A model generated the notes under the pieces. That model was not told the origin of the DNA. It worked only from the letters and a program-made list of their open reading frames with translations, and did not search any database. Both the position numbers and the translations under genes were made by a program. A DNA stretch of 64,000 bases from positions 90,720,223 through 90,784,222 of the forward strand of contig NC_068984.1 of the NCBI RefSeq assembly GCF_001194135.2. Reading direction: 5' to 3'. Of the stretch, positions 39,211-52,652 are shown in pieces; position 1 is the stretch's first letter; each line of letters opens with the position of its first letter. The stretch comes from Octopus bimaculoides. Its lineage: Eukaryota.

Positions 39211-39756
39211 CAATATGAATCAAAATATATCTAATTTTCATTAATATAAACAATATATTACTTAAATGTAGGTGTAAATTGCTAAATCTTCACATAAAGT
39301 AAACTAATTATATTAAATATACCATACAATTGCATTTCATAAGTACTAAGTTGCTAGTATTTAAAAATACATTTCTGGAAAAAAAATTGACATGATGCAA
39401 AATCTAAGAAAAAGTTTTGAAATCAGTTCCCCAAGATTAGATAAGACAGAAACCTTCCAAAATGCAGCCTAGTAATTCCAATAACTTTAGTACAATCTAT
39501 AACATAAAGCAAAAATACCACCCCCTCAACCTAACCCTCCCCCAGTACTATCGAAGGTGCAATCTAAGACCAGTCATATGCAAAATATTAGCTCTTAATT
39601 CACAATACTCATAAAAGATAATATTTTGAAAACAATGTTTAGCAGTCTAACCCTGTATATTGGCTATTCAAAATCATGGCAAGACACAACAAAAATACTA
39701 ATGGGAAAAAAATGAAAGAATGATTTTTTAAGAATTCAATAATTTTAAATATTTAG

Positions 39757-39971
39757 CCCTTTTGATACCAACCCACCTGAAACTGTCTCTGATTCAATGA
39801 TGCAAACTCTTATTTTAAAGAAATTTAAATTAAAAGCTTTCATCAAAATTTCATGTCAATTTATGTTCTAAACATCATCTTAAAAACAAAATTATTTTAT
39901 TAAATTCTTCATTACTTCCAAAATTAATTGAAACAACATTGTATTTCAGTATAAATATGGTAACAAAAAGG
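39757..39971. mobile_element. piggyBac-like MITE, 215 bp
   Basis: cccttttgatacc...ggtaacaaaaagg; TTAG/TTAA flanks. Confidence 0.7.
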
Positions 39972-40832
39972 TTAAACATTTTTAGAAAAATAATTTTAAG
40001 ATTGAAGCTAATTCTCAACATATCACCTTTAATCCAAGTAAACCAATTTAATTATAACAATATTACTTTTATTTATAATTATAATCCATTGAATATTTAA
40101 TTAAAAATGTGATATACAAGTTATGTCAAAACTGATCATTTAAAAATTTAATGAAAGTTAGTTTTACATTTTCTATAACCCACACATGTAAATGCATAGA
40201 AATATTTAGCATATGTCCTAATCCCCAGAGTAATATTGCATTAGGCAATAAATGCCTATTTGATTTCCTCTTTTCTTTTTTATATATTTACTTATCAACA
40301 AATAGTTATCTTTAGAAATCAGGATAACCCAATAAATCATCAAACATGTTAAAATCAATTTAAACCATAAAACAAAAAATTCTCTGAAATTTATGAGCAA
40401 ACTACCAATAAATATCCAAGTCGGGAATTAAAAAGTCTACCCATTGATAAAACACCCAAGCATTAGTTATTGTGAGATAAAATGAAAAATTGTTTTAAAT
40501 GCTGTTAAATAGAAATATAAAATTGAGTGAGTATTAATATTAAACCACTTAGCATTTTTTCTTTTAAAATTTGGAAAAGGAAATAAAAGACATTTTAAAA
40601 ATAAGATATATAAAAAAATAAAATTTTTGAACATTCTTCAGCCTCAAAATTAATTTTTTAGACAATTTAGAGTATTAAGAAGGGTCAGTTTATATTAGGC
40701 ACAACCAATAGTAAATCTATAAACTGTTAAAAATAGGGAGCACCAACAACTTCAAATGTAAAGCCCATAAGACTGTTAAATATCACTTTGCTTTAAACAG
40801 AAAATAAAGTTCAAAAGCAATTATGCTTAGGT

Positions 40833-40837
<5 letters not shown>

Positions 40838-40892
<55 letters not shown>
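40838..40892. repeat. (TG)n microsatellite
   Basis: Direct observation. Others at about 3865-3896, 16127-16158 and 42891-42944; (AT)n at about 45594-45630 and 59181-59217; (AG)n at about 35203-35230 and 63821-63847. Confidence 0.98.
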
Positions 40893-40895
<3 letters not shown>

Positions 40896-41206
40896 ACGCG
40901 CAAAAAGTTTAATTGCCCTAAATATACCTGCTTCTGGATTTATTTTTGTTATGTTTGGTGAGATATGTCTCATAATGTTAATGGATGGATAAAATGAAAA
41001 AGCATTAAGAGCAACAGTGCAAAAATCAACAAAATTCCAATACAGTATAAAAACTTCCCAGCAGACTTCAAGCTGTTCTTAATGCTTTCTATGACATCCT
41101 TTTATGGTTGTAAGCAATAACTACATGCAGGAGTAATATAATAAATCAGCAGTGTGTAAAGACGGATTTGAAATATTTGAAATTCTTGAAAAGAAATTTG
41201 ATTTAA

Positions 41207-41275
41207 TCATTCATCCTGATCACATGGTGGACATGTGTCAAGGGCTTCAGTTCGAGATCTCCCACGATGCAAGAT
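41207..41275 (-). CDS. Putative terminal coding exon of an unidentified gene: ILHRGRSRTEALDTCPPCDQDE*
   Basis: Strong acceptor tttttgttatttttttcag; GC-richer than flanks; phase 0 matches the donor of exon 52503-52630; TGA at 41207-41209. Confidence 0.65.
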   Translation of the reverse strand: MLHRGRSRTEALDTCPPCDQDE

Positions 41276-41705
41276 CTGAAAAAAATAACAAAAATTTCAT
41301 TTGTAACAAAAAAGTACAAGTTAAATGTTGCATTGACTTAGAAACTGAACAAACAGAATTAGAAATGTCAAGGCAGAAATAATGGCAAAAGTCCAAGATG
41401 ATCATTGCCAGGAATTTAATATTCTAAGATTATCATTGCCAATATTTTTACATTTCAAATTGATAAAACGATATGAGAAAACTTAAATATTTTTCTTCTA
41501 GTTTGAACTCAACAACTTATTTCTCATTCTCATTATTTAATGTCCACTTTTCCATACTTGCATGGGTCAGACTATGTCTAAGATAACAGTTAAGATAAAA
41601 GCACTAACATATATAAAGAAATTTTTAAGTATACAGATACTTTTAAAAATCTAAGATTGCATTGATGTACAAATGTGCAAGACAGGGAAAGTCTGTTTGA
41701 ACTCT

Positions 41706-41997
41706 TACTATTTATATTTATTTCTAAAGCTACATTCAGTTACCCATAATTTAATGTTTAATGTACAGATGTTCATAATTAGGTACAGAAACAAGATTTC
41801 AACATTAGCTCATTTTATACCAAATAGTACATAAAGAGGATGTATTTTGTAGTTAGATAGGGATATGCAATTCACTTGCTATAAATATATGATACCACAA
41901 ACAAATGTACTATTTATATTTATTTTCTGAAGTTACATTCAGTTACCCATAATTTAATGTTTAATATACAGATGTTCATAAACAAGATTTCAACATT
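41706..41997 (+). repeat. Local ~90-bp direct duplication, 202-bp spacing
   Basis: tactatttatatttatt..ctgaag/aaag.tacattcagttacccataatttaatgtttaat..acagatgttcataa at 41706 and 41908. Confidence 0.9.
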
Positions 41998-42912
41998 TTA
42001 CATACTTACAAATTTTAAAGAATGGGACTCCCTCACCCATCTACCACCAAAGTTTTTATTAAATCTTTTAAGAATTAAAATTTATGAAAACAATAATCTG
42101 ATAATTTGCAAGTCCATGTTTGGGAGCACTATGTACATATTGGGTAAACATTGAAGCATTACCTTTAAACACCGGAAGTTAATTAGAAACCAGTTAGAAA
42201 TCAAAATGTTGGTACTTTTGTTGATCAACTTGACAAGTTTTTCACAGTAACAAATCACAGCTGATTTTCTCAGAACAGATTCTTTTATATAAAGTATTTT
42301 AGTAATCTACTTTGTAATTTTACTATGATTTATAAATCAAGTGTCAAATCTTTCAACTTATTCCTTTCTATGACTTTTGTTGATATCTACCTAAAATACT
42401 GCTTGGCTTTACTTTTGATAAAGATTATATGCAAAGGAAAAACATTCTATCAGGTTTATTTAAACGGTTAGTGTTTTGAGAGATGAAACAGCACTGACAT
42501 ACAATCCCAAATAATAAAAATTATAAACAAAAAATAAAATATTAGTTTACATATCTTCTTAAACCTATAAAACATGGAAACTATTTCAAATGGTAACTTT
42601 CATATCTAAATATTTTAGAAAATATGTTACACAATATGAAGCTAGTTTTCACATATTAACTGAATTTCAATTTACAGTAAATACTTGTGGTTCCTGGTCT
42701 GATTTTTAAATGTAGGTTGGATAAGAACATTAAGAATAAAGGAATAAAATAAACATTTTAATTCTTAAAATTAACTAACAAAATTATTTAAATTTATATT
42801 CTTCTCATTGAAATATAGAGTATATTTATTGTTAATGACAGAAATAATGTGAATCTAATAAATCCAGAAGAAGAAAAAAAGAGCATATTGAGTGTGTGTG
42901 TGTGGTGTGTGT

Positions 42913-42945
<33 letters not shown>

Positions 42946-44569
42946 ATTTAATGAATAAATGTTTTAACAAAAACTAGGAAAACTGAATTGCAAATCTGTG
43001 TGAATCTTGTGAGAAATGCAAAAGTTTTATCTATGAAAAATTAAGGTACAGAGAACTATGTCAAAAAAGAAAGTATTTTTAATATAAGAGCAATCCCAGT
43101 TATTCTAAAAATGTATATTAGGAGCAGATAATTACATTTAAAGGAAACAATCAATTCTTGTAGTTAACATAGGATTCTTATGAGAGCATTAGTGGTATAT
43201 TTCATTATTAGCTCAGTGAAATGGTGCAATTACCTTGACAATTATGAAATTAAGAAGGTAGCAAAGTAGTTTTATATTTTCAACAAATATATTAATGTAA
43301 CAATTTGCAAACCAAACATTGCAGCTTCAACTATAACCAGTTCTTTATATAGAAAGAGTTGAACCTGTTTCTAAGTTATGTGAAAAATGATCTGAAAATG
43401 TTACAAAAGTTCCATGCAAAAAGCACTGTAAAAATAACTCAAGCAGAAACATGTGACTAAAATCAAAAGCTAAACTATCTCTGTAATATTTTGTACATTG
43501 TATACACATAAAAACAATTTAAAAGTATTTTTGCACAGAATAGAATGAAAACATGAAGAAACAATGGTAGAAGTTAATTGAAAAGACATTGTTTTATTGA
43601 CAAAATGTAAATTTCTTTGAAATATCTTTGATAATGATTATGACAGGTGTACAAATCTGGATGATAGTGTTGATTAGCTGGAAATTCAGATACATAACTA
43701 GATGAGCCATATAGTGTCTTATTCCTTCAAAATGTGGTCAGGATTGTCAGAAAGTGGAGATTTGTTGTTGAACCCTTTAGAAATTACTGTCTGAAATATA
43801 AAGATAAATGAAATTGACAAATTTCCTAGGGGGAGATTCTTTATTGATGAGTCCCAACCTAGTGGTCTGGAAATGGAAAAGAAATTTTGTATCATATTGT
43901 ATTCATAAGTAACAAAATTTCAAAAAGCAGAAATTAGTTTGTAGGCAATTTTTGGAATTTGTAGTTTTAAAATAGAATTGCAAGCTATATATAAGAAACA
44001 TTTCTTATTCCCCCCAATGAATCAGATTGAAATATTAGAGATAGTAATTTATTTTATTTATCAAACATTAGTTATAAATGGTATTTTTAGGAAGGATAGC
44101 CTATATCTTCTAAAAGGTTACAGGATTGGATAAGCTCTTTATGAATTTTGTAAGCTTTGAAAGGTTATGAGGATTGGGAGAACAGTTTGAAATGTATCTT
44201 TCTTAGTTGATTTTCATAGGTTGGTTTGTATGCAAAACCAACCTAGATTACTGCCAGCATTTGGTTTCTTATTTATTTCAGCATTCAAGTATTTCTACAG
44301 TATTTCTAGGTTGTTATTCATTACTATAAACTTGTAATCTATTATGGCAAGGCATATGAAGTCAGTATATGAAATGCAAATACAGCCTGTATATCTTCTG
44401 ATATAGTTGTAGATTCTTTGCAACAGCAAAGCAGCAGCAACTTCTAACAGATTGTTAGAAGAGTATATTTCACATATTCTGAAACTGGAGAACAAGACAT
44501 AACTTTGCTGAACTTGCACCATAAATCTAAGGCAATGGACCAAAAGTGAAAGAAAGAGAATGAGCACTG

Positions 44570-45360
44570 GTGTGCCAATGGTCTAGAGAGAACTAGTAAA
44601 TCATCCTGAGAATTTATGTTATTTATGTATGGTTGTTATTTCTGGACATAACGTCTAAACTAATTTGAAGAGTGATTATCTAAATTAGCCCTCTGCTATA
44701 AGACCTATATCTTACAGAGCTAAAGTACTTGCTCCTCTAAAGTGAAAAGTCATTGATGAACCCAAGTGTTGCACATTAGAGGCAAGCACTAAGGATGAAA
44801 CTTACCTGCAATCTGCTACTATAAAAGTGCCTAAATTCTTCATGCAGTCTGAATTAAATGATTAAGTACATGCATAAGATCTTCCAAAAGTTTCACAAGA
44901 ATTACTGGGATCCATGTAGAATAAAAATAACTGGGTGGTTTTAGAAATATAACTTAGTTTTAATGCAACAGAGTAAAAGATCTATTGCAGTTCTTCAGTA
45001 TAGAAGATAACATTGTTTACTGTTATGACATTAAAAGTTTCTTAAATGAAAGGGATGTCAATATGTAGAAAGAAAATGGTGCTCATCACTGACAATTCAA
45101 AGACCATTTTGAAGTATGATTTGTTGAGCTTACTGATTGGCCACTTTGTATGCCTAAAAGTAAGTTATGAAACTACAAAAACAGTATTGAAAAAAGCTCA
45201 AATGCTTCAAACAGAATTGGAAGATATGTGAAAATTTGAAAGTAATTTGCAAACTGCTTGGTCAATAAAGTAGATATACCAATTTTCCTTGACTTTTATT
45301 TTGGGGTACACTTATATAATATTCAAAATGGGTGAGAAAGAGATAGCCAAAAAGAGATTT
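44570..45360 (+). mobile_element. Chapaev3-like DNA transposase remnant (copy 2)
   Basis: VNHPENLCYLC; ORF 45046-45231 (LITDNSKTILK...IGHFVCLKVSYE); WKICENLKVICKLLGQ; DNA similarity to 38950-39200. Confidence 0.6.
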
Positions 45361-45589
45361 GAATGTTGGGAAGTACATCATGATAATCCCCAGTAAAACT
45401 AAAAAAACATCTTGCTTTTAGCACTTCATGCACATATCTTTGATGAGTTTAAATTAAGAAAAATGAAAAAAAAATGTTATTTATAAATTTACTTAAACCT
45501 GTTGAGAAAATGCCCTGATAGCATTCACAGAAGTAGTAAAAATATTTGGGACAACAAAAAATTCAAAAATTATGAACTGACAAAAAAGT

Positions 45590-45633
<44 letters not shown>

Positions 45634-47742
45634 AAACAGCTGAGATGACTACACTAACTATTAATCATATAACTATAACTTCTGAGAAGTAAATTCTCAA
45701 TACAAATTTGAAATCAGCATCCAAATAGCAGACAAAGTGGATAACGTTCATGAAAAATGTAAAAAAATTTTTTTTTTTCAATATGCAGAGCAGCAGCATA
45801 TATAAATTGAAATACCTATATTTTTTAATATTCAGTATGTTTAGACTTGAATATTTTCTAGCTTAGAAGTTCAGTCCTGTAATGTATCTGTTACAGAACA
45901 AATGAAATGATAGAAAAGGTCAGAGATTTTTTTTACCTCTGTATTAGAGAGTTCCTCACTTCCTTTGAAATGAATGTAAACAAGATTAGTACAATTCTTG
46001 TGATACCATGTATTTCAGGACTGGTTACTCAATGTAGTCCAACGTGGCACACTGTGTTGTACAATAAGTTAATAGTTAATATAGTTAACACAATTTATTT
46101 AGTACTGAAACTTGTTTGTACTCCAATAGCAGAGCACTGAGTCTTTACAAATTACCTCTATTTAATCTCTCATTGTAATATTCATTTAAAATTAAACAGT
46201 CTAAGAAAATTAATACAGCAATTTATTTTAAAATTTGCTGTGAAACTGTTGTGACATTATGTTTATGAATACATGCCTGCTCCATTACATAACAAAGGAT
46301 TAATACTATGAAATAGCAGCTTCAAGCCAATATCTATGTCTCAAAGAATATATTAGAAACAGCTTGTGAACTTGTTTGTAATTAAAACTGAAATTATTGG
46401 GTTACCTTGTTTGTAAACACTAAGAACTTTTTCTCAATTGTTAAACAACTAATGCCCAATGATGAAAAAGAAAAGAAAAAAACATATTCCATGAATTTCT
46501 TCCAGACTATAATTAATTCCATCTTTCATGAAATGTATCACTTAATAAGCTATTGGTTATGTCATGCTGCTGATTTTTAAAAAGAATGAAATAGTACTAT
46601 AAATGATTACAGCTAACTATAAATTTTAAGGACTTCATGTAACAAGTAAAAAAAAAACCCAAAAACATTGGAATTCTATGCATTTATTTTCTTATTTTCA
46701 TATTAATTTTCATTTAAAATTTCTAATCCTGCCAAATATTAAGAAAAAATGATTGCTTCCCTTGTAAAAGTATGACTACTAGGGAGGAAAACTATGTATT
46801 TTTAAATATTCTATCTGATATACACTGCTATACTAGTAGAGATACATTTTATGTTAAATGTGGACATGCACAAATGCATGTACTTAAAAAATTATCATTA
46901 TGGTTTCAACTAACTTAACGAACTGGAACCAATGAGCTTTAATAAGAATAATTTTCTGTTTAAACTACTTTCCAAAGTAACTAAAATTTACCATATTTAT
47001 AGCTCAGTCAGAGGAAGAAAGGCAGTATTCTTCATGCACTTCAGAGACTCCAAGATTAATGGGAAGAGGTTTTTTTCAGAATGGAGACTTACCCTGAAAG
47101 CTTGTAATAAACTGGACTACATTAAAAATACATAAGGTAAGATGGTGATGTTAAATTGGCTGGCAAATTAAGTCTACCAGCAACATAAATAAACAATACT
47201 TATAATTTGGAAAATTGTTGATGGCTGAGTAGATAGTGTATTGAGCGACCAAAGTGTGGGTTATATCCTGTCATCAGAATCATGGCATTTATGACAGAGA
47301 TACTTACAGTTCAACTGTATAAATGATTTACAGCTCTAAGTAGTAGATATATTGTATAAATAACAAACTGCAATGCTCGAGTTGAAACCCTCATATTAAA
47401 TGACAGAAGTAAAGATTACTCCAAGGAAATAATTATATATGTCTTGCTTTCAGCAACTGATGGGAATAGCTCTGTGACTAGGTCTGGTGCTTTTAGAGAC
47501 ATAAACACCATAAAGCTAAACACCACAGGGAATGACATATCAAATGCTGAGAAAAAAACTGTGTTTTTATGCATGTACATAATGCATATGTGCATACACT
47601 TTAGGACATAAGGAGGTAGATAGCATGTATATACATCATCATTTAACGTCTGTTGTCCATGCTGGCATGGGTTGGATGGTTTGACTAGGGCTGGCAAGCT
47701 GGAAGGCTGTGCCAGACTCCAGTCTGATTTGGCATGGTTTCT

Positions 47743-48958
47743 GATATGTCCCATGATGACGACGTATTTCGTCGTCATCATGGGAGTGGTCTGAATGGCG
47801 TACCTTTGCCAACCAACCATACTGACTGTGTCAGTCCACTATTTATTAGTGGACTGACACATTTTCTTCTTTTTATTTTCATTACTATTTCTTTTTCTTC
47901 CATACACAATTATTTTTCTTTCAAATAAGCTCCAGTCCTGCTATTTCTTCAAGTCGATGTTGTATTTCACTTTCATACAAATCCTTCACACGGACTTATT
48001 AGTTTTCTTTTATTTAGATTTTTTCTTGTTCCATACAGAATTATATTTATTATTTCTTCACAGCATATATATTTGATTTCTACAACTTTTCTATTCATCA
48101 CACATCTTTTGGCAGAAACTGAATCGGTTACCTGCAAACCTTCATTATCTTTTAAAGTGTTTGCATTAGAATGATTCCTCAACAAAGCATTTTCAGTAGA
48201 AGGGTCTTTTCTTATAACAGATGGCTCAGATTCTCTTATTTCAGAATTTTCTACAATGTGTTCTTCACTAGTTACTTCCATCAGTATTTCATCTGGAGTC
48301 TTTTCAAGGACTTGTTTAGTATCCTCAATCACAAAATGACTTGCGTTTTTTTTTTGTCCATTTTAACTTTCTTAGCAACTGGTTCATTTTCAATTTCATC
48401 AGATGATATCTAGTTTTTTTTTCTTTCAAAATGCCCGCAGGTAGTACCAAGTCCCACATTATTACTGGTAGCGCTACTACATATAGCGACCAGACTTATA
48501 AATCCTTCAAACAGACTTATTATTTCACTGTGTGTAGTTCAGTTCTGTGTTAGAGTTCCAGTTTTATCAGACATTTTTTTTTCCTTCCTTCAAAATCTTG
48601 CTTCAACAGCACTTATATATTTTTCACTGTGTGTATATTACTTTTCACTGTGTGCAGTTCTGTGTTAGTTCAAATCCTACTTTGGAATTTCTAACATTTT
48701 TCACTGCGATTTTTTTTGCTCAAAACCATTTTCACTGTGTGAGCTACGAATCCTTGTTGCCACTGATATGTCCCAGTGGCAATATTGTCCAAACCCTCAT
48801 CACCACTGACATGTCCCATGATGACAACGTATTTTGTCGTCTCTACAAGACTGGTCTGAATGGTATACCTTCGCCGACCAACCATACTGACTGTGTCAGT
48901 TCACTATTTATTAGTAGTGGACCAGCCCACTTATCACCTGGGGGCATTTGCCACAACA
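47743..48958. mobile_element. Unclassified 1.2-kb insertion with terminal direct repeats and perfect hairpins
   Basis: Interrupts an RTE 3'-UTR repeat with gtttct at both junctions (47737-42, 48959-64); ~110-bp repeat at 47743 and 48808 (1065-bp period); hairpins 47749-47785 and 47827-47861. Confidence 0.65.
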
Positions 48959-50090
48959 GTTTCTACGGCTGGGTTTATGTGCCACTGGCAAGGATGCCAT
49001 TTGTGTGACATCAGTACCTACCACAACTGTGATTTTGCTTGACTTGATGGTTCTTCTCAAGTACAGCACAATGCCAAAGGTCTTGGTCATTTGTCATTGC
49101 CTCCATGAGGTCAAACACTTGTAAGGTGCTTTTCACGTGTCACTGGCATTGGCCACCTTGCTTCCATGAGGCCCAGTGCTTGAAAGGTGCATTTTATGTG
49201 CCAGTTAGGTGACACCAACATCAGTCATGACTACAATTTCACTTGGCTTGACAGGTCTTCTCAAGCACAGCATATCGCTAAAGATCTGTTACTAGTCATT
49301 GCCTCCATGAAGCTCAAAGTTCAAGGATCATGTTTCACCACCTCGTCCCATGTCTTTCTGGGTTTACATCTATCACAGGTTCCCTCCACAGTTAGAGACT
49401 GGTACTTCTTTAGACAGCTGTGTTCATCCATACGCATCACATGACCATACCAGTGCAGCTGTCTCTCTTGCACACCACATTTGATACCTCTTATGCCCAA
49501 CTTTTCTCTCAAGATGCTTACACTCTGTCATACATGCACACTGACGTTGCACATCCAGTGAAGCATACTGGCTTCATTTCTTTCAAGCCTATGCATGTTT
49601 CACAGCCATCATACAATCTGCCTTTCACTCTAAGGGAGAGGCCTTTGTTGCCAGTAGAAGTAGGAGCTCTCTGAACTTTGTCTAGCCTATTCTTATTCTC
49701 ACAGCCATGTTCTCAGAGCATCCACCTCTGCTACTAACTTGGTCACCTAGATAACAGAAGCTATCTACTACCTCTAGCTTACCCATCTGGCAGTTGATGG
49801 AGTCTATTTTCTGAACATTTTCAGTGTTTATTATACCTATGCATCTTCTACACACAAAAGCTATTTTGCTTGTTAATCTACCTATGATATTGCTGCACCT
49901 CTTATGTGTCAATAGATACATTTTATGGAGTTTCTACCTATGATTTTTCTATAGATTGAGTAAGGACATCTGTCTGGAAGGATTTGTGATCTGTCTGCCT
50001 TCCTATTTACTAAGACTTTAGTTTTTGTTCAGTTAACTCTAAAGCCCTTCAGTTCTAGACTTTGCTTCCATACCTGAAACTTCTCTAGTT
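48959..50090 (-). mobile_element. RTE LINE 3' fragment with 3'-UTR (terminal piece at 47634-47742)
   Basis: ORFs 49682-49921 (LEVVDSFCYLGD) and 49321-49512 (LHWYGHVMRM); same family as 8364-9162. Confidence 0.85.
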
Positions 50091-52457
50091 CTGGTATGTA
50101 AAAAACAAAAATTATGGGTTTTGTATGCTACTGAACTTATACATCTACACACAGCTTTACATATATAGTGAGAAGAAGGAGAGTGAGAAAGAGAAACTTT
50201 AAAAATTGTTGAAACAGTAGATTAGTGATGTAAAAATCAATTGAAAACCTAGTATAATATACATTCTCCAGTACCAGTGTCCACAGTAAACACAAATGGT
50301 TTATTTCACTGACAAAGGTTCAAGTTGCAACTGGATGAAGAACATATGCATGCAAACTTCTGTAACATTCATACTCATAACAAACAGTTCATTGCATTCA
50401 AATTTGATCCAACAACTTTACACACATGCACTATTTGAAGCAGCTATTGATTGCAGAAGTTTCAGCTGAAACTGGACTGTCACATGATAAAACTGTTTCT
50501 TTTGGTTTGCAGTCATCTTTTCCCTGTCAATACACATTTCAGTTTAAATCATTACAAGTTGTCTTGTCATATTTGTTACTAAAGTATAAGAGGAAAAATG
50601 AGAGGTGTAAGCTGTCTGAACACAAGCTCCAAGTCATGTGTGAGAATTTTTTTACTTTAATCTCATGTTTCACTTAGATGATCATGAGTGGACCTGATGG
50701 TTGAGTGTTTGGGATATAACTGAACTTGATTGATTGCACAACACTTAATAGAAATACTATTTGAAAACAAGAGATGTCATCAGAAAGGAAAAGACATTCA
50801 AAAGGGCTTCAAATTTGGTAAACACAATATAGATTTTCTTTTGTCAGTAGTGTGAAGAAATACAGTGTTTTTTTTTTGTTTTTTTGAAGCCCACTCAGAC
50901 TAGGTTTATAAGACTAACTGGATGATATTAATGCAGTTACTGCTCAGTTTCATTACTCAGTTGAGTGAAAACCATAAAATTTCAGGATAAGTTGGATATG
51001 ATGGGGTGGAATGAGACAGTTGCATGTTTTAAGTGAGGTTACATGAGGAAATACATGGTTAGGAAGTATCTCATTTCTGTCAGATGATGTGGGTTCAGGT
51101 ATGGCTGTATAGCCAAGAATTTTGCCTCACAGCTATGAGTTTGATCCTACTGCAAAGCACTCTGGACAAGTATCTTCAGCCACAGCCTTGAATTGATCCA
51201 AGTTTTGGGAGTGAAAACAGGTAAATGGGAGTGTGGATTCTTGTCACTGTAACTATTCTAGAGTAGCAGACTTAATTTATTGCCTAGTCTAGCACAAGTA
51301 CCCTAACTTTGTGTGCTTTTGCAGGAGTTTATTTTGTTACCAGCATTTGAGCCAGGTTTTCAATATGAAAAATAACTTCCTCCCTTTCCTCATACAATCT
51401 TGCAGACTTTGAATAACAATACCAACACTGCTCTTCCTCTTCTGATGTGGCCATAAAAAAAAACAATAAAAAAAACTGCTTTTAAAGTTAGATGGGACAG
51501 CAAAACCTTGACAGTGGGAAATGTATTCAAAGATTGTAAATGTTTTCATGTAAATCTCAGATGCTAAGATAGTTGAAGATCCTGTAACTATACATCTATT
51601 GATGCTTCAAACTGAAAAGCATGTCATTCACACTGAACTTTACTATTCTAAGTAGCAAAATTTATTGCAAAATCTATTTGATACAAATCTGTGTCCCAGG
51701 ACAAATAATCATAATGTTGGATTCTTTATACACTTTTTAACAGCTTTCTATTTTAGTACTGGATTATGTATAATATGATATTAACATATATTGTTTTACA
51801 ACTGGATGATTTTTTCTCAATATGAACTATAAAGAGTAGTTACATTAACTGGAATAATGAAACGAAAGCCTAATATATCTATATCGACATTGTAGCCAAC
51901 AGATCAGTAGCCCAATATCATGTGTACGAAAAATGCATAGGAATATAACAGGTACAGAAATGAATGAACAACAATATATACATGTTAACAAGAATGATTA
52001 AAAATGTTGATATAAATTTAAGTTGAACATGCTGTTAAGCTGCATTGGTATAAACACATTTTTAAATAATGATTAACTATAGTTTTAAAACCACAGAATA
52101 AACTAAACCAGTCTTTACAAATGAAAACAATGTAACAATCTTAAAGAAAAAAAAGTAAAAGAAATGGTAGCAGAATTTAGAAATGATTACAAAACGTTTC
52201 TTCAAATATTCATCTCTTTAAATTCATGCAAAATTGATTATCTTTATTCAAAGTAAAATTTGACATGCTTAGCTCAAATCAAAATAACTAAGATTCAGCT
52301 GAATTAAGATAAAATGCAATTTATTTCCTTTACTGGTTAATAAAATTATTTACAGAGATATTAATCATTTCCATTAATTAGTAATACAAATTAATTCAAT
52401 TAGAAAATCAAGAGTTAAAGTTTTCAAACAAACCCAACTTTAATAATTTCACAGTTA

Positions 52458-52652
<195 letters not shown>

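Noticed and set aside
43500-44560. Faint CR1-like RT fragments on the - strand
   Set aside because: Similarity limited to a few residues in broken frames.
48454-48468. CATTATTAC matching the CRESS-virus NANTATTAC nonamer
   Set aside because: Only a 3-bp flanking stem and no Rep motifs nearby; expected by chance in AT-rich DNA.
48520-48745. Repeated tttcactgtgtg motifs as a CRISPR-like array
   Set aside because: Repeats are too short and irregularly spaced, there are no cas genes, and the context is eukaryotic.
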